A stretch of 34,455 bases of DNA from a virus. Lineage: Duplodnaviria; Heunggongvirae; Uroviricota; Caudoviricetes. The notes below the pieces were generated by a model. The model saw only the letters and a program-made list of their open reading frames with translations, ran no database searches and was not told where the DNA came from. The position numbers were made by a program, and so were the translations under genes. The stretch lies in the IMG/VR virus record IMGVR_UViG_3300046787_000353, positions 64,001-98,455 of that record, one strand, 5' to 3'. This document shows, piece by piece, positions 9,176-17,603 of the stretch. The stretch's first letter is position 1; every line of letters begins with the position of its first letter.

Positions 9176-12100
9176 TTATCTACCAAATGTATATCGAATA
9201 CCTAATTGGGCACTCCACACATCGAATACCGATGAGTTATACTGATGGCTATCTCTAGCCAATACCGTAGAACCATCTACTAATCGTTGAGTTTGTAATC
9301 TGTAAGTTGGAACATTGTTTACATCTCTACTTACAAAGTTTAACAATTGCGGTGCAGTTGCTCTTTGAGAAACACCAAATGTATTATCAACCATATTACC
9401 AAAGTTAAGAATATCTGCTCTGATTTGGAATGAGTTTCTCTTTCCACCAATCTTAATAAAGATATCTTGTGCTACTGATAAATCAAATCTGTGTAAGTAA
9501 GGTAACAATCCACCATTTCTTTCAGCGTATTGTCCTCTACGAGTCGATAAGTATGGGTCTTGGTCTATGAATTTATCAAATGCCGCTTGTTGCTCACCTT
9601 CGGTATAAGTTTTACCACCAGCCGTTAAACTTGCGAATTTAATATCTGAACCTTTTAATGGAATGAAGATTAAATCATTGTTACTTACTCTATCACCATT
9701 TAAGTCACCCGCTACGATGTAAGAGTATGGGTTAGCTTGTTGCCCTACATATCCTAATGTAATTGTAGTTGCTCCACCCAATCCTTTTCCATATTCAATT
9801 CTATATCCTAATAAACCTACAAATCTGTTTTTTACAAATCCATCTGCCAATGATAATCCTAAATCATTATTACCATTAACTGATAATGCTGATTGCCAAG
9901 AACCACTAGCAATTGAACCGGCACTCATATAATCTTTTGAATTAGCCGTTGTCCAAGCGATTGAACCCCATAAACCTTTTTGAACAGGCTTTTCTAATTT
10001 TAATGTCAATGATTCGTGAAATGCACCATCTCTATTTGTAAGAACTGCTGCTCTACTTACGTTGTTGTTAATTCTTACAGTTACATCACTACCACCAAAA
10101 CGAGGTCTATTATCTACACCACCCAAAGTTCCAACTGGATTCTGTAAGTTAGCTTCGTAGTAATGAACTGCGTTAAGTGATTTGTTATAAAGATATTCAG
10201 CACTTGCTACCAATCCAAAGAATGGTAGTTTCTGGTCTACTGCTAAATTCGTTTTCCAAACTTGTGGGAATTTGTAGTTAGGGTCAGTTAATGCCAAATC
10301 AAATGTAGAAGGTAATGTTGGTGTAGAAGGAATGAAGTATTTGTTAGGGTCTGCGGTGAAACCATATTGAGCTGCCGCTGAACCACTCACATCTATAAAT
10401 CCCGTCAACACACCATTGTTACCAATTTGATTAGATAAGAATACATACGGAGGTCTACCAGTGAATACACCCGTTCCACCTCTAAATTGAGTCGTACCTT
10501 GTCCTTTTAAATCGTAATTAAAACCTAAACGTGGTTCAAAAAGAACTTGTGTTTTTGGCATTACAGCCGTATTTAATCTTTCACCATTTGCGAAAGTCAT
10601 TGCTGATACCGCTGGATTTTCTAATGCTGTATTTTCAAATCCAATAACATTTGCTCTAACACCAAATGTTAATTTCAAATCTTCGGTTGCGTTATATTCA
10701 TCTTGTAAATATAAATCTAATCTATCCGATTTCAAAGTTTGCATTGGTTCAATTGCGCCAGGCAATGCCGAATAACGGAATTGGAAACGAGCTGGTGCGA
10801 ATGTAGATGGTCTACCACCATTTGCTAATGATTGATTAGCTGCTGTGTAGAAATCTGCTAAACTATTGAAAATGTAAACACCATTAGATGCGGGGAAAAA
10901 TAAGTTGTTAGATTGATACTTTTGATAGTTAAACCCACCAACTAATGTATGTTTATCTAAATATTTAGTTACGTTATTCGTAATATTAAATGTAGTATAA
11001 TCTAATTTATTTCCAGGTGTGAATGGGTCAAATCCTACTGATGTAAGAGTTGTTGCTCCTTCTTTGATATCAATTGTTGGAAACAATGGAGATAAATACC
11101 CTCTGTTTTCAATTTGTTTATCATAAGAAACAATTAAGTTATTATGTAATGTATTTGAAAACTTAGAGTTTAATTCCAATACAGCCGAACGAGTATTATC
11201 CATAATGGTATAACCACTATTTTGGAAACTCATTGCGTTGATGTTTTGAGTTCTATTACCAAAACCTGCCGATTGTGAATTTGAAATATTGATTTGTGCT
11301 TCCGAATCATGGTAAACGTAACGACCCGTTAACTTATGTTTATCATTAATATTCCAATCCATACGAACTAAGAATTTGTCCGATTTGTTTGTATTAGAAT
11401 ATCCTTCAAATGGACCTGTTTCATATCCGAATTCATTTTTCATAAAGTTCGAAAGGTCAGTCAATTGTTGGAAAGTTGGTCTACTTACTTGTGAACCTGG
11501 CAATGGTGAACCCGTTGATGTCCAAGTTGTACCTGGTTCAGTTCTTTCAATACCTTCGTAGTTACCAAAAATAAATAATTTGTTCTTAATGATTGGTGCG
11601 CCTAAACGGATACCTTTAACTTTCTCATCAAATTTAGATGGAGTAATTGTAGTTCCATTTGCGTTATTACCAACGTAGGTAGAACTATTATCTCTTTGTG
11701 TTTGATATACAGAACCTTCAATTTCATTTGTTCCACTACGTGTTACTGCGTTGATACCTGCTCCCGTAAATCCACTTTGACGAATATCGAACGGTGCAAC
11801 ATTCACTTGCAATTGTTCAATGGCATCTAATGAAATAGCACTTGCTCCAGTTCTACCACCCGCTTGTGCCGATGAACCTAAACCGAAGTTGTTATTAAAT
11901 TGAGAACCATCAATTGTAAAGTTGTTCAAACGAGAATCTTGTGCTCCAAATGAGCTACCATTACCGAATGGGTTGTATTTCGTAATACCATCGATAGTTC
12001 TTGCTCCTGTAATTGGAATAGTGGTCAACTCTCTTCTACTGAATTGTTGAGATGCCCCAGTTCTTTGTTTTGAAATTAAACCATTTCTATTAGATGTTAC

Positions 12101-12451
12101 AACTACTTCTTTTAAATTAGTAGCTTCATCAACTAAAAAGAAATTAATATTAGTAGTAATACCCAATTGAGTAGCTACATCTTTAACTTCATCTTTTTTG
12201 TATCCCACATAAGTGGTTGATAATACATAAGGTCCTCCTACTCTAACTGCCGGTAGAATATAATTACCATTTTTGTTGGTAGAAGTTGAATACTTCGTAC
12301 CTGTTGGAGTGTGTACTGCTTGGACTGTTGCTCCAACCAATACTTCATTTTTCTCATTCTTTACAATACCTGAAATTGAGGATGAGGTAACTTGTCCAAA
12401 TCCCACAAAAGTAGATACCGAAAGGAGAAGCGATAGAATCACTTTTTTCAT
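9176..12451 (-). CDS. TonB-dependent outer-membrane transporter, Oar-like, with N-terminal carboxypeptidase-regulatory-like domain
   Basis: 1091 aa; signal peptide MKKVILSLLLSVSTFVGFGQ; GATVQAVHTPTG..YSTSTNKNGNY (CarboxypepD_reg-like); plug NFTIDGSQFNNNFGL and ISLDAIEQLQVNVAPFDIRQSGFTGAGINAVTRSGTNE; many amphipathic beta strands; terminal QLGIRYTF. Confidence 0.92.
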   Translation of the reverse strand: MKKVILSLLLSVSTFVGFGQVTSSSISGIVKNEKNEVLVGATVQAVHTPTGTKYSTSTNKNGNYILPAVRVGGPYVLSTTYVGYKKDEVKDVATQLGITTNINFFLVDEATNLKEVVVTSNRNGLISKQRTGASQQFSRRELTTIPITGARTIDGITKYNPFGNGSSFGAQDSRLNNFTIDGSQFNNNFGLGSSAQAGGRTGASAISLDAIEQLQVNVAPFDIRQSGFTGAGINAVTRSGTNEIEGSVYQTQRDNSSTYVGNNANGTTITPSKFDEKVKGIRLGAPIIKNKLFIFGNYEGIERTEPGTTWTSTGSPLPGSQVSRPTFQQLTDLSNFMKNEFGYETGPFEGYSNTNKSDKFLVRMDWNINDKHKLTGRYVYHDSEAQINISNSQSAGFGNRTQNINAMSFQNSGYTIMDNTRSAVLELNSKFSNTLHNNLIVSYDKQIENRGYLSPLFPTIDIKEGATTLTSVGFDPFTPGNKLDYTTFNITNNVTKYLDKHTLVGGFNYQKYQSNNLFFPASNGVYIFNSLADFYTAANQSLANGGRPSTFAPARFQFRYSALPGAIEPMQTLKSDRLDLYLQDEYNATEDLKLTFGVRANVIGFENTALENPAVSAMTFANGERLNTAVMPKTQVLFEPRLGFNYDLKGQGTTQFRGGTGVFTGRPPYVFLSNQIGNNGVLTGFIDVSGSAAAQYGFTADPNKYFIPSTPTLPSTFDLALTDPNYKFPQVWKTNLAVDQKLPFFGLVASAEYLYNKSLNAVHYYEANLQNPVGTLGGVDNRPRFGGSDVTVRINNNVSRAAVLTNRDGAFHESLTLKLEKPVQKGLWGSIAWTTANSKDYMSAGSIASGSWQSALSVNGNNDLGLSLADGFVKNRFVGLLGYRIEYGKGLGGATTITLGYVGQQANPYSYIVAGDLNGDRVSNNDLIFIPLKGSDIKFASLTAGGKTYTEGEQQAAFDKFIDQDPYLSTRRGQYAERNGGLLPYLHRFDLSVAQDIFIKIGGKRNSFQIRADILNFGNMVDNTFGVSQRATAPQLLNFVSRDVNNVPTYRLQTQRLVDGSTVLARDSHQYNSSVFDVWSAQLGIRYTFGR

Positions 12452-12493
12452 ACTTGTTTTTGTTTTGTTAAAAAAATTGTTTAATTGTTTAAT

Positions 12494-12526
12494 AAAAAAA
12501 GGGATACATAATCATGCATCCCTTTT
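12494..12526 (-). terminator. Intrinsic terminator between the Hc1-like gene and the transporter gene
   Basis: Minus strand AAAAGGGATGCAT-GATT-ATGTATCCCTTTT then TTT; one G-U pair. Confidence 0.8.
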
Positions 12527-12532
12527 AGGGTA

Positions 12533-12706
12533 TTAAGCCTTACCTTCTTCGGTAGAAGCTTTTCTGTAATCTGTGATTAATTTCTTAACCTCACCGATTG
12601 CTTTTCTGGCATTAGCCTGCGATTTCTTAGTTGTTCCATTGTGTTGTTGTACAAAATCAGCAAATAATACTTCCATTTGCTCGAACAATTCCTGCTTTTT
12701 ACTCAT
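12533..12706 (-). CDS. Histone H1-like Hc1-family protein (57 aa)
   Basis: Not in ORF track. MSKKQELFEQMEVLFADFVQQHNGTTKKSQANARKAIGEVKKLITDYRKASTEEGKA resembles the Bacteroidota Hc1 pattern (G.K.A..RARK...E.KKL...YRK.S); has its own promoter and terminator. Confidence 0.8.
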   Translation of the reverse strand: MSKKQELFEQMEVLFADFVQQHNGTTKKSQANARKAIGEVKKLITDYRKASTEEGKA

Positions 12707-12734
12707 AATTCTAATTTTTAATTTTTAATTTAAA

Positions 12735-12766
12735 CAAATATAAGGAAACTTTTTTACATTTCCAAA
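12735..12766 (-). promoter_or_regulatory. Bacteroidota-type promoter (TTTG-N20-TATATTTG)
   Basis: Perfect consensus 28 nt upstream of the Hc1-like ATG. Confidence 0.85.
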
Positions 12767-12967
12767 TTATCTTCCTCTTCTTCTACGAAGTTCTGCCTCT
12801 TTTAAATATTCGGCAGTATATTTATTTTCTACTGAAATCGGTCCATTGGGATTTTTTTTCAAATCATATTTCCAAATTGATGTGCACCCCTCTTCTTCGA
12901 ATATGTATTCAAATTTTGTAGGTTTTACCGATTTACTATTATTTTCTTTAGTATTCTTTATTGCCAT
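12767..12967 (-). CDS. Small hypothetical protein with Arg-rich C-terminus
   Basis: Probable start MAIKNTKE at 12967 (the track start at 13018 lies deeper inside the cupin gene); ends ELRRRRGR. Confidence 0.7.
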   Translation of the reverse strand: MAIKNTKENNSKSVKPTKFEYIFEEEGCTSIWKYDLKKNPNGPISVENKYTAEYLKEAELRRRRGR

Positions 12968-13337
12968 GTTCCAAATCTTCCCAAGTATTTTTATAAATTC
13001 TATATGAATCCGAATCAAAATGTTCGGTACTCACTTCGAAAATAGTTGCGTTATCATCCAATGCAATAAGTTTATGCGGTGAACCTCTTTCGATATACAC
13101 TACATCCCCTTCTTTCAATGTCGTATAATTGCGTTTACCATTTTCTGTATCAATCCAATCATATTGAAATTCGCCACTCTGAACATACCACGTTTCATTT
13201 TTAATCATGTGATAGTGCATAGAGAAGTGATTTCCTGCTTTTGTAAATACTAAAAGTTTTCCACAATATTGAGAATCGTTATGAATCCACAACTCATATC
13301 CCCACGTTTTCTCTACTCTTCTAGGTTGTAATATCAT
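12948..13337 (-). CDS. Cupin-fold protein (sugar isomerase-like: mannose-6-phosphate/D-lyxose isomerase type)
   Basis: VEKTWGYELW, FSMHYHMIKNETWYVQSG, GDVVYIERGSPHKL: cupin metal-binding His/Glu motifs. Confidence 0.85.
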   Translation of the reverse strand: MILQPRRVEKTWGYELWIHNDSQYCGKLLVFTKAGNHFSMHYHMIKNETWYVQSGEFQYDWIDTENGKRNYTTLKEGDVVYIERGSPHKLIALDDNATIFEVSTEHFDSDSYRIYKNTWEDLEHGNKEY

Positions 13338-13357
13338 TCTTATTAATTTATATTATA

Positions 13358-13389
13358 CAAATATACATAAAATTATCCAATTTGCCAAG
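13358..13389 (-). promoter_or_regulatory. Bacteroidota-type promoter (CTTG-N20-TATATTTG)
   Basis: Perfect -7 element 20 nt upstream of the cupin ATG; TTGG at the same spacing as the other copies. Confidence 0.7.
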
Positions 13390-14404
13390 TTCTTAGCCCA
13401 AATTTATTAAAAGTAAATGGCTGATTGTATCCTATGTTCAATTTATCTAACTCCTTTATCACATTATACTTCGTATTATCGGGACAATAAAAGAATACAA
13501 ACCCACCACCACCGGCTCCACTTATCTTACCACCAGTTGCACCGGCATTAATAGCAGTATCATACATTTGTTGTATTTCAGGTGTAGTGATTCCATTTGC
13601 CAATAAACTTTTTTGTAAAAACCCAGCTGATAGATGTTCTCCCAATTCATTAATTTTACCTCTAAGTAAACAATCCTTCACCAACTTAGCCCTTTCAGCT
13701 ATCCAATGTAAAGATGTCATCGAAGTTTGGTTATCATCTTCTATATTTTTAACTTGCTGGTCTAACACATCTGAACTCCTTCTAGTAAAGTTTGTAAAAT
13801 ACAATACAATGTTATTCTCCAATTCATCTTGTACCTTATCCTTTATTCTTAATGGATTTACGATAACATCATCTCCTTTGAATTCCATAAAGTTCCATCC
13901 ACCAAACGCTGCGGCATATTGGTCTTGTTTACCACCACTTTCTCCCAATTCAACTCGTTCTATTTGAACTGCCATATCGGCAATATCATACTCGCCCAAT
14001 GGTAAGTTGAATAATTCCTGATAAACTCCGATTAAAGAAACTATTAAAGTGGATGATGTACCCAATCCACTCCCAGTAGGTACATCTTGATATGTAACTA
14101 TATCATAACCAATAGGTTGTAACTTAAAACGTTTGAATATGTGATTATGGGTTGCTTTAAACAACTTTAATCCATAAGAACAATCTAACTCATTTGAGAA
14201 TGAATGCTGCTCTCTTTCATCCTTATTTACCCATTCAAACGTAATGTTAGTATCATCTCTTAATTGTAGAGATGTATGAGTAAATAAACGTATTGTAGTA
14301 TTGATTACTGCTCCGGTATGATTTTTAGTGTAAGATGGAATATCAGTTCCCCCACCACCAAAACTAATCCTGAATGGGACTTTGCTCCTGTATATCTTCT
14401 TCAT
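13373..14404 (-). CDS. hddA: GHMP-family sugar kinase, HddA-like (D-glycero-D-manno-heptose 7-phosphate kinase)
   Basis: PFRISFGGGGTD, DVPTGSGLGTSS, GGKQDQYAAAFGG, GGKISGAGGGGF. Confidence 0.85.
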   Translation of the reverse strand: MKKIYRSKVPFRISFGGGGTDIPSYTKNHTGAVINTTIRLFTHTSLQLRDDTNITFEWVNKDEREQHSFSNELDCSYGLKLFKATHNHIFKRFKLQPIGYDIVTYQDVPTGSGLGTSSTLIVSLIGVYQELFNLPLGEYDIADMAVQIERVELGESGGKQDQYAAAFGGWNFMEFKGDDVIVNPLRIKDKVQDELENNIVLYFTNFTRRSSDVLDQQVKNIEDDNQTSMTSLHWIAERAKLVKDCLLRGKINELGEHLSAGFLQKSLLANGITTPEIQQMYDTAINAGATGGKISGAGGGGFVFFYCPDNTKYNVIKELDKLNIGYNQPFTFNKFGLRTWQIG

Positions 14405-14951
14405 CTGGTATTCCGTTTTCTGCTATCCAATTTTTAACATTTCTTTCACCAACTAATAGAAAGAAACAATTATAACAAAGTGCTCTAATGTTTTCTAATT
14501 TTCTATTATTAAGATTACCATCTAAAAAATCAATCAACAATGGCATTTTACCATCTGTGATACGTTCTTCGTTAAATCCACAACTACAACATACTTTTGG
14601 TAAATACCCACTATCAAATAATTTGTTTTTGAATTTGAATAAAGGATACTTTAAATGCTTTCCAGCAATTAAATCATCAATGTGATATTTTTTGTTTTTG
14701 ATTTTTTTGGCACGTTCGATGCCAATACCATACGGATTTTTTAAATCCTCAAAGATACCATATAATTTAGCATATTTCTTATATGTGTTATATGAAATAC
14801 CTAATTTTCTAGCTGCTTCAAACGCAGAACGTGATGTAGATTGTGCATCTTTGATTTGAGATTCTAATATAGGTTTAGCGCCTAATCCTCTCTTTGTTCC
14901 TCTCGGAATAATGTTGGGGAAGAACCCTTCATTTTCATTTTCGTTTTCCAT
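14364..14951 (-). CDS. HTH + degenerate HNH-like zinc-binding protein
   Basis: AFEAARKLGISYNTYKKYA (HTH-like); CSC...LIDFLDGNLNNRKLENIRALCYNCF resembles HNH (LDHIDG.N.NN..ENL..LC.NCH) with both His positions replaced by Phe. Confidence 0.75.
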   Translation of the reverse strand: MENENENEGFFPNIIPRGTKRGLGAKPILESQIKDAQSTSRSAFEAARKLGISYNTYKKYAKLYGIFEDLKNPYGIGIERAKKIKNKKYHIDDLIAGKHLKYPLFKFKNKLFDSGYLPKVCCSCGFNEERITDGKMPLLIDFLDGNLNNRKLENIRALCYNCFFLLVGERNVKNWIAENGIPDEEDIQEQSPIQD

Positions 14952-14975
14952 ACCAATAACTATTTAGTTTATAGG

Positions 14976-14984
14976 TATAAGTAT
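14976..14984 (-). promoter_or_regulatory. Candidate phage-specific promoter motif ATACTTATA
   Basis: In the short intergenic gap ~25 nt upstream of ATG 14951; variant of ATATTTATA. Confidence 0.3.
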
Positions 14985-14985
14985 A

Positions 14986-15768
14986 TCAAATTAGTTTTAA
15001 AGGATAGATTTTGGATAAATATTTTAAAATAATTTCTGCAATTTTAATATTTCCCTCTATACCAGCGTGCCCATCCGATTTAATTCCAAGTTCATCCGAA
15101 ATAGTAAGGCCTGATTCCATAAACCACATATACATCTGTCTACCTTCAAACCAAACAAAATCAAAATTATTTTTATAATTAACTGAATTTAAAAACACTT
15201 GAAATCCGGCATTATCAATTATTATAAATTTTATATTTTGCATTTGCATAAATGAGAGTAGTCCTAAAAAATTATTCATACTCTTCTTTATTTCAATATC
15301 GGTATTTGTAAAATTATAAAATGAAGAAACTAAATCAGTATGAACTTTTTTCATATCCGATTTATCATTGCCACTAGCTATATCGGTTAAATCATCATCT
15401 GGAAATTTTATTGTTCCCCAAGTTACATTAATAAATCTATCCAATTTGTTTGAATAGATTTCATCTCTCCACCCCGGTGGAATTTCTAACATAAATAATG
15501 TATCTTTTAAATCAACTTGATTATCGTAGATATATTGGTAAGTTCTTCTAATTATCCTATTCAATGAACCGCCTGATTGTGAATCGTTGTGAATATTTAT
15601 GTTTAGCTTCTTTGCCACCACATTTGGATATGCATAATCTATATGATTTTCAATATCGATATTGAGTATATCTTTGTATTGCTGTCTAACATTTTCATAG
15701 TTGAATCCACCGGCACAACTAAAACTACATCCATTTGCGTATATTTTATTAAAAATAGGAGCTATCAT
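14986..15768 (-). CDS. SGNH/GDSL-like hydrolase-fold protein
   Basis: Block I ANGCSFS, oxyanion-like GGSLNR, C-terminal DGHAGIEGN. Confidence 0.65.
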   Translation of the reverse strand: MIAPIFNKIYANGCSFSCAGGFNYENVRQQYKDILNIDIENHIDYAYPNVVAKKLNINIHNDSQSGGSLNRIIRRTYQYIYDNQVDLKDTLFMLEIPPGWRDEIYSNKLDRFINVTWGTIKFPDDDLTDIASGNDKSDMKKVHTDLVSSFYNFTNTDIEIKKSMNNFLGLLSFMQMQNIKFIIIDNAGFQVFLNSVNYKNNFDFVWFEGRQMYMWFMESGLTISDELGIKSDGHAGIEGNIKIAEIILKYLSKIYPLKLI

Positions 15769-16214
15769 AGTATTAATTTAACCAATGTTGAAAATGTGGT
15801 ATCTGGATTAGAAGATGTATCTAAATTAACAAAAAATTCGGTAGGTGGTTCGTAATCTAATGCAAAGAAGTTTTCTCTACCTCTAATTTTTTTAGTATGG
15901 CAGTAGATTTCTGTAACATTGCATTCGGATTTAAAATTATTACGGAGTTCTTTGTAAGGTGCTACCAATGATATTACAACATCATTACCATTGTTATCTA
16001 AGAATTTAGCTATATCAAATGCTTTCTGAATATTTTTCTCCCTACCTTCTTTTGAGTAATCGGTATTTGGGAATAATTCTCTCAATTGGTCACCATCGAT
16101 ATGGAATACAGATTTTCTCCAATTTTTCTTATCAGTTTGTAACCATATTTGTAACTTCTTAGCCATAGTAGTCTTTCCACTACCAGGTTGACCTGTAAAA
16201 AGGTAAATTGCCAT
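15765..16214 (-). CDS. Adenylylsulfate (APS) kinase-like P-loop kinase, shortened lid
   Basis: FTGQPGSGKTT, IDGDQLR, YSKEGREKNI, VVISLVAPY, DYEPP. Confidence 0.8.
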   Translation of the reverse strand: MAIYLFTGQPGSGKTTMAKKLQIWLQTDKKNWRKSVFHIDGDQLRELFPNTDYSKEGREKNIQKAFDIAKFLDNNGNDVVISLVAPYKELRNNFKSECNVTEIYCHTKKIRGRENFFALDYEPPTEFFVNLDTSSNPDTTFSTLVKLIL

Positions 16215-16217
16215 AAC

Positions 16218-16883
16218 TTATTTTTTTGGTATCAACGATTTTAGTTTGTTTATGTTTGTTGATTTTGGTGCCTTTGGTACATCGTGCTGAACGTGTCTTA
16301 CTTTCAATGATATCTTTGGATATTTCTTTTCCAATGCCTTAACGGCTTGTACATTTTTATTAGAATCATCAATAAAGAACACATCGTTTGCTCCAGCTTT
16401 GATTTTATCTTCAATCCAATCTGCTTTCTTTTGTGGGTCGGAATCGGCTAATGCCACTACATATATGTTCTTCAAACCAATATCAGATAAATAATCCTTA
16501 ACCGGCTTATATGCTGCTCTTGCAGTCAATATGTAGATATCAGAGCCACCAACTCTTACGATATTTTTAAGTAATCTTGTAACTCCTTTTATTTCCTGTG
16601 GTTGGTTTACTTTTTGGAAATCCGAAAAGTCAAATTCATCTCCACTCTTTGGTTCATACACCGCGTATTCACCGGGAGTCAATTTTAGCTTTTTACCATT
16701 AGATTGAGTAACGTATATATGTGATACGGTCTGAACCAATGTATCATCAAAATCAAATACTCTAATTTTCTTTTCACCGGCTTCTTGCAATGGATTAAAT
16801 GCGAAAGCGTTCATATTGGAATATACTTTTCCAAATTCAACTTTCATTCCATTCCACATCCCAGATGTAAAGTTATTAACCAT
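16218..16883 (-). CDS. HAD-superfamily phosphatase-like protein
   Basis: VFDFDDTL (motif I), ILTAR (motif II), KK, FFIDDS..NV (motif IV). Confidence 0.8.
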   Translation of the reverse strand: MVNNFTSGMWNGMKVEFGKVYSNMNAFAFNPLQEAGEKKIRVFDFDDTLVQTVSHIYVTQSNGKKLKLTPGEYAVYEPKSGDEFDFSDFQKVNQPQEIKGVTRLLKNIVRVGGSDIYILTARAAYKPVKDYLSDIGLKNIYVVALADSDPQKKADWIEDKIKAGANDVFFIDDSNKNVQAVKALEKKYPKISLKVRHVQHDVPKAPKSTNINKLKSLIPKK

Positions 16884-17199
16884 TTAATAATGCTTTTTTT
16901 GCTTTCGGTAGTGCTTTTTCTAACTTATCATTTTCTTTTGTAAGAAACTCTACTTTAACACTCAATGCTGCCACTTCTCTAGTCAATGCCAACACCATAT
17001 CTCTTAATGTATCCTTTTCTCTACCAGCTTCAACTAATAAGGCTTCTAATTTAGCGATACGGTCTTTGCAATCGTGTCGAATAAATTCATCATCTTTTTC
17101 TTTTCTTTGAGCTCTTTTCTCATAGTAACGAAATGCGGATGCTCCTCCTAACACAGTTATTGCTGTTATCATTACCGAATACATATTTTCCATATCCAC
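16876..17199 (-). CDS. Single-TM coiled-coil protein
   Basis: N-terminal hydrophobic VMITAITVLGGASAF followed by a long heptad-like helix. Confidence 0.75.
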   Translation of the reverse strand: MDMENMYSVMITAITVLGGASAFRYYEKRAQRKEKDDEFIRHDCKDRIAKLEALLVEAGREKDTLRDMVLALTREVAALSVKVEFLTKENDKLEKALPKAKKALLNG

Positions 17200-17603
17200 T
17201 ATTTTAATTTAGGTTCTCTTTCGCCATCGTTGCCATCCATAGCATCGTGTACTGAATTTAGGTTTTCCAAAGCGACTGTAAGTTGTGAATACATCCAAGA
17301 ATCCAACTCCTGTCCTTCTTTCATTCGAGTTTCAATCATATTCGCATAATCAGCGATTCTTTCCAAATTACCCATAGCCATTTCTTTCAAACCGGCTAAA
17401 GTTTCTTCGGGAGAGTTTTCATCACCTTCGTTCATTTTTTGTTTAAGTAGTTCAGTCATTTTATTAAATACCTGCTCTCCTCCATTTTCTCCAAAACGAT
17501 ATGCTCCGCCCAATTTCTCGTAAACTCTGATTTTCTTTTTCATCGGAATATCTTTCTCGTTTACAGCTTTCCAAATAGTTGGATGAGTTATTTCAAATTT
17601 CAT
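17199..17603 (-). CDS. Hypothetical protein
   Basis: 134-aa ORF with overlapping start/stop junctions on both sides. Confidence 0.75.
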   Translation of the reverse strand: MKFEITHPTIWKAVNEKDIPMKKKIRVYEKLGGAYRFGENGGEQVFNKMTELLKQKMNEGDENSPEETLAGLKEMAMGNLERIADYANMIETRMKEGQELDSWMYSQLTVALENLNSVHDAMDGNDGEREPKLK

